Below, in pieces: positions 25,302 to 34,688 of a stretch of DNA of 43,902 nt (positions are counted from its first letter, which is position 1; each line of letters starts with the position of its first letter). Both the position numbers and the translations under genes were made by a program. Origin of the DNA: a virus (Duplodnaviria > Caudoviricetes); IMG/VR virus record IMGVR_UViG_3300025595_000007, positions 1 to 43,902 of that record; one strand, written 5' to 3'. Below the pieces are notes generated by a model that was not told the DNA's origin, ran no database searches, and saw only the letters and a program-made list of their open reading frames with translations.

Positions 25302-25342
25302 TTGTCAAGCAATAGACAAGAGGGAGTTTTTTCCGGTACACT
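25302..25342 (+). promoter_or_regulatory. Promoter TAGACA-N18-TACACT with TTGTC-N8-GACAA site over the -35
   Basis: -35 at 25313-18, -10 at 25337-42, site at 25302-25319. Confidence 0.55.
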
Positions 25343-25377
25343 ATTTTTCCCCAAACAAACTTCATAGGAGAAGATAA

Positions 25378-25902
25378 ATGACAGATATTAAAACGGCACT
25401 TAGCCAAGCAATGAGCGATTGGGAAACCCCCGAGACAGAGGATAAGTCCACGGGTAAGCACCTATTCAAAACTACCAACAACGTGACTCGCGCCACGTTC
25501 AACGCAGTCAAGTGCAACCCCGGCTGGACACGCAAAATCATCCTCGCGCACTTAGAAGGGGCAGGGTACAAACCGGCCTCAACCACCAGCATCTTGTCCC
25601 AAATGATTAAGCAGCGCCTTGTCCGTGAGGAAGCGGACGGCAGGCTGTACGCCAACTTCAGTGAGTACATGCCGCTCAAAGGCACGAGTAAGCCCAAGAT
25701 GAAAGTGAAGGTGAAGGCAGCGCCCACCCCGCAGGTTGAGAAAGAGAAGAAGCACAAGGGCGACGAAGCCGCGCCGCAGCCGCAGGCTAGGCAAGAGCGC
25801 AGGGTTGTGGACATAGAGGAGTGGTTGAACGAAGTGACGCTGATGCAAGCGCGGCTTGTGTATCTGAAACTTAAAGTTATTTTTGAAGGAGAAGGTAAAT
25901 GA
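25378..25902 (+). CDS. Possible winged-helix DNA-binding protein
   Basis: NPGWTRKII...STTSILSQMIKQRLVREEADGRLY; RBS TAGGAGAA. Confidence 0.55.
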   Translation: MTDIKTALSQAMSDWETPETEDKSTGKHLFKTTNNVTRATFNAVKCNPGWTRKIILAHLEGAGYKPASTTSILSQMIKQRLVREEADGRLYANFSEYMPLKGTSKPKMKVKVKAAPTPQVEKEKKHKGDEAAPQPQARQERRVVDIEEWLNEVTLMQARLVYLKLKVIFEGEGK

Positions 25903-26099
25903 GAAAAGTACGATTCATGGAGTTGCTGAAGGAGCCCTTCAAGAAACCCAGTCCGCTGGAGATGATTGCCGCTGAACTGGCTGACGCACACCTTGAGAAG
26001 CTAAACGCTGAGACCGCTGTGGAGTATGCGCAGAGCATCGTGGACTACAACGTGACCCGAATTGCACGGCTTAACGCACGGCTGGAGGAGTACAAATGA
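25899..26099 (+). CDS. Hypothetical coiled-coil protein
   Basis: RBS AAGGAGAA; ATGA overlap. Confidence 0.75.
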   Translation: MRKVRFMELLKEPFKKPSPLEMIAAELADAHLEKLNAETAVEYAQSIVDYNVTRIARLNARLEEYK

Positions 26100-26311
26100 G
26101 GCACTTGCGTGTAAACGGAATCGAAGGGGTTTGGAGAGCCAAGTTAGTGGAGGAATACAACACAGACGACAAGCACCACAAGCAAGCAGTTTGCAACTTG
26201 ATACATGACCTGAAAGAACTAGCGGTGGTACGCAACTACTACATTGACCGCGACACCATGACAAAACTGTACGACCAACACATGAGTTACCAACAAGGAG
26301 AAATGAAATGA
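26096..26311 (+). CDS. Hypothetical protein
   Basis: RBS GGAGGAG; ATGA overlap. Confidence 0.7.
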   Translation: MRHLRVNGIEGVWRAKLVEEYNTDDKHHKQAVCNLIHDLKELAVVRNYYIDRDTMTKLYDQHMSYQQGEMK

Positions 26312-26526
26312 AGGATCAAGACGGGTACAACCAAGACCCCACTTGGCTGGAGCGTACTGGCGGCTTTGCAAGAGACATGACCTTGCGTGACCACTTTGCA
26401 GGGTTGGCTGTGCAAGGCTTACTTTCTTATGCTGCCACATCAGGCAAATACGCACCACCAGACGATGAACTTGCAAGGGAAGCGTACAAGATGGCAGACG
26501 CAATGTTCAAGGAGCGTGCCAAATGA
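26308..26526 (+). CDS. Common phage hypothetical protein (MTLRDHFA...AYKMADAM type)
   Basis: Recognisable motif; RBS CAAGGAGAA. Confidence 0.8.
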   Translation: MKDQDGYNQDPTWLERTGGFARDMTLRDHFAGLAVQGLLSYAATSGKYAPPDDELAREAYKMADAMFKERAK

Positions 26527-26774
26527 GCGATTCTTACGATGACTATTGTGTCGGTAGGGCGCTTGCTGAAAGGTATTGGGACGACCAAGAAGCACGGGCC
26601 AATTTCCGAACAGAAGTTTGGACAACAAAAGACAAGCGAGAGATTGCTATCAAGGACATGGAAGATAGCCACCTGTTTAACGCATACAAGCACAGCCAAG
26701 ACGGGTTACTGTTTCGGGAAATGGTTCTGCGCTTATTCGAAGACAAATTAAGGAACATAACAAATGATGAGTGA
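26523..26774 (+). CDS. Hypothetical protein
   Basis: WTTKD.REI.IKDMEDSHL.N; RBS AAGGAG. Confidence 0.75.
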   Translation: MSDSYDDYCVGRALAERYWDDQEARANFRTEVWTTKDKREIAIKDMEDSHLFNAYKHSQDGLLFREMVLRLFEDKLRNITNDE

Positions 26775-26928
26775 AGAAGACATCAAACGGGTCAACGACG
26801 CCTATGCCCGTAATGGGCTTGAGCAAGACCCCATAGAAGATATTGCTGCCACATTCAAAGGCTTGATTGCTTTTATGTTTGTGGTGGTTGGCTTAACAAT
26901 GCTTGCTTTTGCAATATGGGGAAAGTAA
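26764..26928 (+). CDS. Small membrane protein, 54 aa (below track cutoff)
   Basis: C-terminal hydrophobic stretch GLIAFMFVVVGLTMLAFAIW; TAATG overlap with next gene. Confidence 0.65.
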   Translation: MMSEEDIKRVNDAYARNGLEQDPIEDIAATFKGLIAFMFVVVGLTMLAFAIWGK

Positions 26929-27341
26929 TGACAGGCTATCAATCAAAGAAAGCAGCGGCGCTGGACGAAGACGGGATGTACCTTGTGCATCACACACAGC
27001 CAGCGCAGGAGCCTGTATGCCCCGAATGCAAAGCGGAGGTGTTATATGAATGCGTGGCTTGTAGTAGCAACAACTACCCACCACACCCAGCGCAGGAGCC
27101 TGTAGCGTGGATGTATCAATGTAGTGATGAGTTTGGTTGGCGTGATGAAATCCAGTTTGTACAACCACCAAATCACCCAGTTTTTAGGAACGTAGTAGCC
27201 CTCTACACCGCCCCGCCACAGCGCCCGTGGGTAAGCCTGACAGATGAAGAGATTGCCCTGATTGATTGGGAATCTTTGGTAACTAAAAAAGATTGCGTCC
27301 GAGCCATTGAGCAAGCCCTCAAGGAGAAAAACAATGGATAG
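26928..27341 (+). CDS. Mosaic protein with PAQEPV and WVSLTDEE modules (start ATG 26928)
   Basis: PAQEPV twice, CPEC..CVAC, ALYTAPPQRPWVSLTDEE...KEKN. Confidence 0.75.
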   Translation: MTGYQSKKAAALDEDGMYLVHHTQPAQEPVCPECKAEVLYECVACSSNNYPPHPAQEPVAWMYQCSDEFGWRDEIQFVQPPNHPVFRNVVALYTAPPQRPWVSLTDEEIALIDWESLVTKKDCVRAIEQALKEKNNG

Positions 27342-27510
27342 CAGAGAAGACTACTACAAACGCTACGACGACTTGTATGTCGTGTATTTAAACGGCGTGT
27401 ACGATGGCAAGAAAGCAGCGTTAGCTGGGCGGGAGCAGAACTTTTGCGAACGCTGCGGTAAGCGTACTAAAGATATTCACACTTGCACACCACCACAGGA
27501 GAACACATGA
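27334..27510 (+). CDS. Small protein with CERC motif (start ATG 27334)
   Basis: RBS CAAGGAGAA; NFCERCGKR...IHTCTPP. Confidence 0.7.
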   Translation: MDSREDYYKRYDDLYVVYLNGVYDGKKAALAGREQNFCERCGKRTKDIHTCTPPQENT

Positions 27511-27815
27511 ACTCACAAGAAAAAACATTTGATGCCATTGCCAAACTAAAAGACATAGAGCTTGAATTGCTGCGCTTGCGCAATGCTTTGGATATGGCAA
27601 ACAAAATAATAGATGCGCAGGAAGCGCGTAATTTTGGGGAGCAACCGGGCATGCAATTTGGCTTGAACCAAGATGATTGGAAAGATATAGTTTCCGCCAT
27701 ATCCAAGGTGCGTGATGGCAGAGACATATTCTTAGGATGCCGCCCTGCTGATGTGTTCCAAGATTGGTTCCTTGCAATGGGTTTGTTTAAACCAAAAGAG
27801 AAGAACAATGGCTAA
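27507..27815 (+). CDS. Hypothetical protein (start ATG 27507)
   Basis: RBS CAGGAGAA; ATGA overlap. Confidence 0.7.
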   Translation: MNSQEKTFDAIAKLKDIELELLRLRNALDMANKIIDAQEARNFGEQPGMQFGLNQDDWKDIVSAISKVRDGRDIFLGCRPADVFQDWFLAMGLFKPKEKNNG

Positions 27816-28086
27816 TTACTGGTACTACAACAAAGACGGAAAACTGTATAGCAGCAACGAAGCCAAGCTATGGCTGGCAAAAGACAACTGCATGCACTTT
27901 GGGGACTTACCGCAGCATGTGAAAGATTTAAACGGACTGCTACCGCTTACTGTTAAGCACGAATGGGTTGACTTGACGGATGAAGACCTAAAACCATTAA
28001 GTGATAAATGGCGAATTGTGTATGGCGGGTGGGTTGAAGACTTTGCGAAAGAAATTGAAACCAAAATCAAGGAGAAAAATACATGA
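27808..28086 (+). CDS. Mosaic protein with WVDLTDED module (start ATG 27808)
   Basis: HEWVDLTDED...FAKEIETKIKEKNT. Confidence 0.7.
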   Translation: MANYWYYNKDGKLYSSNEAKLWLAKDNCMHFGDLPQHVKDLNGLLPLTVKHEWVDLTDEDLKPLSDKWRIVYGGWVEDFAKEIETKIKEKNT

Positions 28087-28238
28087 AACAGGAAGATATT
28101 GAGAAAGCATGGAATTTACTGTCCATGCATAACAGCGAGTTACTACTGGAGCGGGCTGAGTTACTGGAGCGTTTACGCAACCAAAGCATTTGGCTTATCT
28201 TGAAGTACCGTGTAAAGCACTTGCTTGGAATTAAATAG
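28083..28238 (+). CDS. 51-aa hypothetical protein (below track cutoff)
   Basis: RBS CAAGGAGAA; ATGA overlap; MKQEDIEKAW... Confidence 0.65.
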   Translation: MKQEDIEKAWNLLSMHNSELLLERAELLERLRNQSIWLILKYRVKHLLGIK

Positions 28239-28249
28239 GAGAAGAACAC

Positions 28250-28474
28250 ATGAAAGACATACATGAAGTTATGAAAGAAGAGAAGCTAAAGCTAGAAGCA
28301 ATTGCGAAGGAAGCGCAAGTAGAATTAACACCTGAGTTGCAGATGTTTGCATGGCTTGTTAAACACCATGCCCTAATTGACTTTTGGGAATCTGCAAAGC
28401 GTCAAGTGGAATATCAACAGGCTACGTTACATAGCTCTTTGGAGTACGCGCGAAAGCGTAAGGAGAAAGCATGA
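28250..28474 (+). CDS. Hypothetical protein
   Basis: RBS TAGGAGAA. Confidence 0.7.
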   Translation: MKDIHEVMKEEKLKLEAIAKEAQVELTPELQMFAWLVKHHALIDFWESAKRQVEYQQATLHSSLEYARKRKEKA

Positions 28475-28668
28475 AAGTAACAATCCAACTCGAAGAAAAA
28501 TTTGAAGTGCTTGATGCCATACACGCAGATGAAGCGTGGTTAGCACTCAGAGAAATACAACGCTTGCTACGCACTAATGAAAAGCACGATGTGGGCGATG
28601 CGGTCACACTACAACGTATCTCAACTGAGATCATTGATGTCTTTGGGGTACGGGGGGATAATGCATAA
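28471..28668 (+). CDS. Hypothetical protein
   Basis: RBS AAGGAGAA; ATGA overlap. Confidence 0.7.
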   Translation: MKVTIQLEEKFEVLDAIHADEAWLALREIQRLLRTNEKHDVGDAVTLQRISTEIIDVFGVRGDNA

Positions 28669-28933
28669 GTCAAACCACCATGCCATAAGGATGGTGCTAC
28701 AAAAATACCATGACGGCCTGACTGTTTCTGAAATATGTGAGCGTACTGAAAAGCCCATTAGCCCCGTTTACCGCGCTTTGAAAGAGATGCCTGACGCTTA
28801 TGTAGACCGATGGGTGTCTAATAAAGAACACAAGAAACAATGGGCTGCTGTGTGGTGCGTTGTCGTACCCCCTGAAAACTGCCCTAGACCAACGGAGAAA
28901 ATAAGTGACCGAACACGAAACAAACCTGCGTGA
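28661..28933 (+). CDS. Possible HTH protein (start ATG 28661)
   Basis: DGLTVSEICERT....VYRALKEMPDAYVDRW. Confidence 0.6.
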   Translation: MHKSNHHAIRMVLQKYHDGLTVSEICERTEKPISPVYRALKEMPDAYVDRWVSNKEHKKQWAAVWCVVVPPENCPRPTEKISDRTRNKPA

Positions 28934-29132
28934 CTTAGCTGCAATGTTTGCTATGGCAGCGCTGATAGCTAGGGATAAATACAATGATGTCCTTCCCCAC
29001 AAGGAAGCCTTCAGGCAGGCAGACCTATTTATGAAACAACGTGCAAAAGAAGACGCAGTGCCTGAGCTCCTCCCCGAAGACGGCATAGCCGCAATCAAAC
29101 CTAAACGAAAGAAAACAAATGAACAAGACTAA
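28905..29132 (+). CDS. Hypothetical protein, distant relative of 26308..26526
   Basis: LRDLAAMFAMAALI...AFRQAD; GGAGAA before GTG. Confidence 0.65.
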   Translation: MTEHETNLRDLAAMFAMAALIARDKYNDVLPHKEAFRQADLFMKQRAKEDAVPELLPEDGIAAIKPKRKKTNEQD

Positions 29133-29298
29133 AGACACCCCCAACTTTGCCGCTTGGAGTAATCAAAACCTAGCCAACTTTTGCACCGAGGCGTACATCC
29201 GTATGCAAGAACTGCAAGAAGAAAACGAACACTTAAAGCTGGATGCCAAGGCAGCGCTGGAAGCTGCACGTAAAGCAATGATTGAGGGCAGCAAGTGA
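29119..29298 (+). CDS. 59-aa coiled-coil protein (below track cutoff)
   Basis: PNFAAWSNQNLANF...; GTGA overlap with next gene. Confidence 0.65.
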   Translation: MNKTKDTPNFAAWSNQNLANFCTEAYIRMQELQEENEHLKLDAKAALEAARKAMIEGSK

Positions 29299-29606
29299 CG
29301 CCCGAAGGTCTTGTAAAAAAGACAATCAAAGCGGTGCTGTCGCACCATAAGGTCTACTACACCATGCCCCTTGGGGCGGGCTTTGGGGTGGCCGGTGTGC
29401 CTGACTTCTTGTGCTGCGTCGATGGTGTATTCCTAGCGGTGGAGGCCAAGGCAGGCAAGGGCAAGACTACAGCGCTGCAAGATAGGCAGCTTGCTGCAAT
29501 ACAAACGGCGGGGGGCCATGCACTGGTAATCCGCGAAACAAACATAAACGAACTAGAGGAGAAGCTAATATGGATAAAACAGAATTCAACCGCATTGCGC
29601 AAGTAG
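29295..29606 (+). CDS. VRR-NUC / Holliday-junction-resolvase-like nuclease
   Basis: TPEG.VK...GVPDFL...AVEAKAG...TALQ...GGHALVI. Confidence 0.85.
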   Translation: MTPEGLVKKTIKAVLSHHKVYYTMPLGAGFGVAGVPDFLCCVDGVFLAVEAKAGKGKTTALQDRQLAAIQTAGGHALVIRETNINELEEKLIWIKQNSTALRK

Positions 29607-29854
29607 TGGAGGGGTGCATCGAGGGTATGTCCGCTGCGCGGGTAACCGCCATGTTGCATATGTTTGAGCGTGTGGCCTTGGCGTTCTCAAAAAAAACGGG
29701 CGGCATGCTTACGTTGGAGTTATTGGAGGAGGGTGTGATGCTGTCTTCTATTGACGTCAACGAAGCCGAGGCTATGGAGATAGTTAGTCTGCTGGCTATC
29801 AAGATGCACGGCGATCTCATGGCTGGCGCACCCGCCAAGGAGATGTTTAATTGA
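29570..29854 (+). CDS. Hypothetical protein
   Basis: RBS GAGGAGAA; TTGA overlap with polymerase. Confidence 0.7.
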   Translation: MDKTEFNRIAQVVEGCIEGMSAARVTAMLHMFERVALAFSKKTGGMLTLELLEEGVMLSSIDVNEAEAMEIVSLLAIKMHGDLMAGAPAKEMFN

Positions 29855-31839
29855 GCGCCCCGTACGACCGCATACTGACCATTGATTTTGAAACGTACTG
29901 GGACAGCAAAAGCTACACGCTGTCCAAGATGACAACTGAGGAGTACATACGCAATGAAAAGTTCTTGGCTTTCGGAGCCTGCATACACGAGCTTGGGGAT
30001 GACAGACCCACACAGTGGTATCGAGGAGGTGACGAGCTTCATAGAGTCCTATCAACATACGACTGGGGACGGACAGCAGTCTTGGCACATAACGCCCAAT
30101 TCGACGTCTCCATACTCTCTTGGCGGTACGACGTTAAACCCGCTTTTATCTTCGACACACTGTCAATGGCACGTGCTCTTCGAGGCGTGGAGGTTGGCAA
30201 CAGTCTTGCCAGACTGGCATCAGACTTTTCGCTGCCCCCAAAGGGTACTGCTGTTTACTCCACTGACGGACTCAAATCAATTTCTCGGGAAGTTGAGAAA
30301 GAACTGGCCGACTATTGCGCGCATGATGTATATCTGTGTGAAGAAATCTTCAAGCGCCTCGTTACGGGATACCCTACTTCGGAACTACGGCTCATCGACA
30401 TGACCTTGAAGATGTACACCGAGCCGGTGTTGCTGCTGGACAAGCTCATGCTAGTCAATGCGCTGGAAGAGGAGAAAGAAAAACGGGAGGAGTTGTTGGC
30501 AAGGCTTAACGTGACGGACGCTGCACTGGCAAGCAACGGCCAGTTTGCTGAGTTGCTTCGCACCCTCAATGTGGAGCCGCCGACAAAGAAGAAAAAGCCC
30601 ACGGTAAAAACCCCTCACCCCAAGGGTGTCAACTTTGCGTTTGCCAAGACAGACGCTATGTTCCAAGCCATGCTCAACGGAAGTGATGAGGATGTAGCGC
30701 TGCTGTGCGAGGCACGGCTCAAGGTCAAGTCAACGACTGAGCGCACACGGGCGCAACGGTTCCTAGAGATTGCGCAGCGCGGCCCCCTGCCTGTACCCCT
30801 GAGCTATTACGGAGCCTTGTCGGGGCGGTGGACGGCCAGCAAGGGAAGCGCTATCAATATGCAGAACCTAAAGCGCGGTTCGTTCTTGCGCAAAGCCATC
30901 ATGGCTCCCGAGGGGCACCAGTTGGTGGTGGGCGACCTGTCACAGATCGAGCCGCGTGTGCTGGCGTGGTACTCAGACTACGAGGATATGCTGGACATCT
31001 TCAGATCAGGCGCTGACCCATACGCTGCCTTTGGTTCGCAGATGTTCAACATCCCCGGCATGACCAAGGACAGCCACTCTGATCTGCGTCAGTCGGCCAA
31101 GTCTGCTTTGCTGGGCGCGGGGTATGGGCTAGGCTGGGCGTCATTTGCGCAGCAGCTTCTGACGGGGTTTCTTGGCGCTCCGCCTGTACGTTACAACAAG
31201 GACTTTGCCCGCAAGCTGGACGTGGATGCCGCGTACGTGGAGAAGTTTGTGGGTTGGGAGGACAACATCAAGAAGATGGCGGAGATTTCCCACACCTGTA
31301 CGGACAAGGAGTTGCTCATCCACTGTGTAGCGGCCAAGAAGATCATCGACATCTACCGCAGCACGGCGCATCCGGTGGTATCCTTTTGGGATATGTGCAG
31401 CGGCCTTATCGACTCAGCGCTTGCGCAGGGGCGGGAGTTCAGGTATAAATGCCTTGTGTTCAGGAAGGGTGAGATCGAGTTGCCCAATGGTATGAAGCTC
31501 CTGTACCCTGACCTGCGTCAAGTCAAGGACGATAAGGGGCGGATGCAGTGGGTATACGGGCAGGATGCCACCAAGCTGTATGCTGGTAAAATAACGAATA
31601 ATGTGGTGCAGGCGACTGCCCGGATTGTGATGACCGATGGGATGCTCCGCGTAGCAAAAAGCTATCCCGTCAAAGGCACAGTGCATGATGAGCTTATAGC
31701 CGTTGTGCCCGATGCCGAAGTAGAAAACGCTAAGACTTGGGTCTTGGCGCAAATGACTATGGAGCCACGGTACATGCCGGGGATTCCGTTGAACGCTGAC
31801 GGTGGTGCGCACCGTAGATATGGACTAGCAAAAGGATAG
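29851..31839 (+). CDS. polA: Family A DNA polymerase with 3'-5' exonuclease
   Basis: IDFETY, AHNAQFD, YCAHDV; motif A DLSQIEPR, motif B RQSAKSALLGAGYG, motif C VHDE. Confidence 0.95.
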   Translation: MSAPYDRILTIDFETYWDSKSYTLSKMTTEEYIRNEKFLAFGACIHELGDDRPTQWYRGGDELHRVLSTYDWGRTAVLAHNAQFDVSILSWRYDVKPAFIFDTLSMARALRGVEVGNSLARLASDFSLPPKGTAVYSTDGLKSISREVEKELADYCAHDVYLCEEIFKRLVTGYPTSELRLIDMTLKMYTEPVLLLDKLMLVNALEEEKEKREELLARLNVTDAALASNGQFAELLRTLNVEPPTKKKKPTVKTPHPKGVNFAFAKTDAMFQAMLNGSDEDVALLCEARLKVKSTTERTRAQRFLEIAQRGPLPVPLSYYGALSGRWTASKGSAINMQNLKRGSFLRKAIMAPEGHQLVVGDLSQIEPRVLAWYSDYEDMLDIFRSGADPYAAFGSQMFNIPGMTKDSHSDLRQSAKSALLGAGYGLGWASFAQQLLTGFLGAPPVRYNKDFARKLDVDAAYVEKFVGWEDNIKKMAEISHTCTDKELLIHCVAAKKIIDIYRSTAHPVVSFWDMCSGLIDSALAQGREFRYKCLVFRKGEIELPNGMKLLYPDLRQVKDDKGRMQWVYGQDATKLYAGKITNNVVQATARIVMTDGMLRVAKSYPVKGTVHDELIAVVPDAEVENAKTWVLAQMTMEPRYMPGIPLNADGGAHRRYGLAKG

Positions 31840-31848
31840 GAGAAATAA

Positions 31849-32166
31849 ATGGCAACAAAAGAAAGAACCCCAATCCCACGGCGTATGCGCGTGGGTAAGC
31901 GGATGTACTCGGTAGAGGTGGTCGAGGCTTTGATCGACAAGAACTGTATGGGCCGGGTCAACTACCAGAACCGCAACATACAGATTGCAACGCATCATTC
32001 CCCCGGACGCAAGATTGCAGGCGCTGACATCCGCGATTCGTTTTGGCATGAGACTATCCACGCCATCTTGCACGACATGGGTAGGGACAACCTGAACCGT
32101 GACGAAGCGTTTGTACGTGGGTTTGCATCACGGCTTTCACAAGCCATTGACTCAGCGAGGTTCTAA
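31849..32166 (+). CDS. Small HExxH metallopeptidase-like protein
   Basis: FWHETIHAILH...DEAFV. Confidence 0.7.
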   Translation: MATKERTPIPRRMRVGKRMYSVEVVEALIDKNCMGRVNYQNRNIQIATHHSPGRKIAGADIRDSFWHETIHAILHDMGRDNLNRDEAFVRGFASRLSQAIDSARF

Positions 32167-32832
32167 ATGAAAGTAGTGTCGTGGAGTCATAGCGCTCTCA
32201 AGGATTACGAGGGATGCCCCAAGCGGTATCAAGAGATCAAGGTCTTAAAGAACTTCCCGTTCACTGAGACTGAGGCTACAAGGTACGGCAACGAAGTCCA
32301 TAAAGCAATCGAGATGTACATCCGCGACAACACACCAGTGCCTGCTGCCTATGCGCAGTTTGTACCCGTGGTAGACGAGCTACTCAAGAAGCCTGGACGC
32401 AAGTTAGCAGAGCAGCAGATGGCGCTGACCAAGGAGTTAAAGCCTTGTGATTGGCGAGCAAAAGATGTGTGGGTACGCGGCATCGCGGACTTGCTTATCA
32501 TTGACGACGACAACATGACGGCATGGGTTGTGGACTGGAAGACGGGCTCGGACAAGTACCCTGACCGCGACCAGCTTAAACTCATGTCAATCATGGTGTT
32601 TGCACACCACCCACACATCCGCAAGGTCAACTCAGCGCTGCTATTCATCGTCAAGAACAGCATGACCAAGCACAGTATGACTTTCGATCAAGCCGAGTCC
32701 CATTGGTGGGACTATCGTGAGCGTGCTGCCCGTATTGAGCAAGCCCATGAGACAGGCGTGTGGAACGCCAAGCCTTCGCCGTTATGCCCGTGGTGTCCGG
32801 TTACCACTTGTGTACACCACCCTAAACATTGA
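32167..32832 (+). CDS. PD-(D/E)xK Cas4/RecB-like exonuclease
   Basis: SHSALKDYEGCP, RGIADL, VDWKTG, QL..M, CPWCPVTTC. Confidence 0.85.
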   Translation: MKVVSWSHSALKDYEGCPKRYQEIKVLKNFPFTETEATRYGNEVHKAIEMYIRDNTPVPAAYAQFVPVVDELLKKPGRKLAEQQMALTKELKPCDWRAKDVWVRGIADLLIIDDDNMTAWVVDWKTGSDKYPDRDQLKLMSIMVFAHHPHIRKVNSALLFIVKNSMTKHSMTFDQAESHWWDYRERAARIEQAHETGVWNAKPSPLCPWCPVTTCVHHPKH

Positions 32833-32844
32833 AAGGGAACATTC

Positions 32845-33105
32845 ATGCCTTACAAAGACCCCAAAGATCGCAGCACGTACCCAGCGTATGCGCAAAAACC
32901 GGACGTTATAAAAAAACGTGCAGCGCGTAACAAAGCGCGGGCAATCATGGAGAAAGAAGGATTGGTACACAAAGGCGACGGCAAAGACGTTGACCACAAG
33001 AAGCCAGTCAGTAAAGGCGGCGGCACTGTGCGAAGTAATCTGCGCGTCAAGTCGGCCTCGGCCAACAGATCATTTGCCCGTAACAGCGATCACACAATCA
33101 AATAA
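32845..33105 (+). CDS. Small HNH-type endonuclease
   Basis: DVDHKKPVSKGG....NLRVKSASANRS. Confidence 0.75.
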   Translation: MPYKDPKDRSTYPAYAQKPDVIKKRAARNKARAIMEKEGLVHKGDGKDVDHKKPVSKGGGTVRSNLRVKSASANRSFARNSDHTIK

Positions 33106-33120
33106 TTACATGAGAAGCAA

Positions 33121-34680
33121 ATGCAAATCGTTGATGACAAAGCAATACTCCTAAAGACTAGAAACCCCGACAAATACGCCATCATTCCCAAGCACAAAGT
33201 CATTAGCGAAAGCAATGGCACGTATGAGGTATTGGTGTACTGGGGGCTGGAGGAGGTCAAGGTACTACGCAACTTGGGCGTGAAGGATGCGCCCTCACCA
33301 ATCGTCAAGCGCTATAGCTGGCCCGGACGCTACAAACCAATGGATCACCAGCGGGTTACCTCTGAGTTTCTCACGCTGCACCGCAAAGCCTTTGTGTTCT
33401 CTGAGCCGGGTACGGGTAAGACACTATCGGCGCTGTGGGCTGCGGACTACCTCATGAGTATCGGCAAGGTACGCCGCGTGCTTATCCTGTGCCCACTCTC
33501 GATCATGCAGTCAGCTTGGCTGGGGGACTTGAGCAACAGCATCATCCACCGATCTGCCGTTGTAGCGCACCATGCGCAATCTAGCCGCCGTATCGAGATG
33601 GTGCAGCAAGACTACGAGTTTGTCATCACCAACTACGATGGACTGAACCTGATCGCTGACGAGGTACGCAAAGACGGGCGCTTTGATTTGGTTATCGTGG
33701 ACGAGGCCAACGCGTACAAGACGCAAACCACACGGCGCTGGAAGGCGCTAGCGTCCATCCTGACACCCGACACCCACTTGTGGATGATGACCGGCACACC
33801 GGCCTCGCAGTCCCCCGCTGATGCGTACGGGCTGGCTAAACTGGTCAACCCCAACAACGTGCCCAAGTTCTACACTGCATGGCGCGATATGGTCATGAAC
33901 AAAGTCACCATGTTCAAGTGGGCAGCTAAGCCAAACGCCGTTGACACCGTACATACAGCGCTCCAGCCAGCCATCCGGTTCACCAAGGCGCAGTGTTTGG
34001 ACTTACCCGATGTGCTGACCACCACCCGCCTTGTGCCCTTGACCCCGCAGCAGGCCAAGTACTACAACCTGCTCAAAGATCGCATGACCGCCACTGCCGC
34101 AGGCGAGACAATCACGGCAGTCAACGCTGCTGCCAACCTCAGTAAGCTCTTGCAAATCTCATGTGGTGCGGTGTATACCGATGACAAGGACGTTGTGGAG
34201 TTCGATGCTGCACCGCGCCTGTCGGTGCTTGAAGAAATACTGGAGGAGACGGACAGGAAGGTCATCATCTTTGCGCTGTTTCGCTCCAGCATCGACACCA
34301 TCCACACGCACTTGCTCAAAAAGGGTGTAGCGGTGGAGTGCATCCACGGCGGCGTAACGGCCAACAAACGGGCGGACATCATCCGCCGATTCCAAAACGA
34401 GAAAGACCCACGGGTCTTGGTGCTGCAACCGCAAGCATCGGCCCACGGGATAACCCTAACCGCCGCTGACACCGTGGTGTTCTTTGGCCCCTTGATGAGC
34501 GTAGAGCAGTACATCCAGTGCATTGCCCGTGCTGACCGCAAGGGGCAGAACTCCGATAAAGTCACAGTTATCCACATAGAAGGTAGCCCGGTGGAGAAGA
34601 AGATGTTCACAGCTTTGGCTTCCAAGGTTGTGGATAACTCGCTGCTCACCCGTATGTTTGAAAGCGAAATAAATTCTTAA
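33121..34680 (+). CDS. SNF2-like SF2 helicase
   Basis: EPGTGKT, VDEA, MTGTP, HGITLTAA, QCIARADRKGQ. Confidence 0.9.
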   Translation: MQIVDDKAILLKTRNPDKYAIIPKHKVISESNGTYEVLVYWGLEEVKVLRNLGVKDAPSPIVKRYSWPGRYKPMDHQRVTSEFLTLHRKAFVFSEPGTGKTLSALWAADYLMSIGKVRRVLILCPLSIMQSAWLGDLSNSIIHRSAVVAHHAQSSRRIEMVQQDYEFVITNYDGLNLIADEVRKDGRFDLVIVDEANAYKTQTTRRWKALASILTPDTHLWMMTGTPASQSPADAYGLAKLVNPNNVPKFYTAWRDMVMNKVTMFKWAAKPNAVDTVHTALQPAIRFTKAQCLDLPDVLTTTRLVPLTPQQAKYYNLLKDRMTATAAGETITAVNAAANLSKLLQISCGAVYTDDKDVVEFDAAPRLSVLEEILEETDRKVIIFALFRSSIDTIHTHLLKKGVAVECIHGGVTANKRADIIRRFQNEKDPRVLVLQPQASAHGITLTAADTVVFFGPLMSVEQYIQCIARADRKGQNSDKVTVIHIEGSPVEKKMFTALASKVVDNSLLTRMFESEINS

Positions 34681-34688
34681 GAAAGGAG

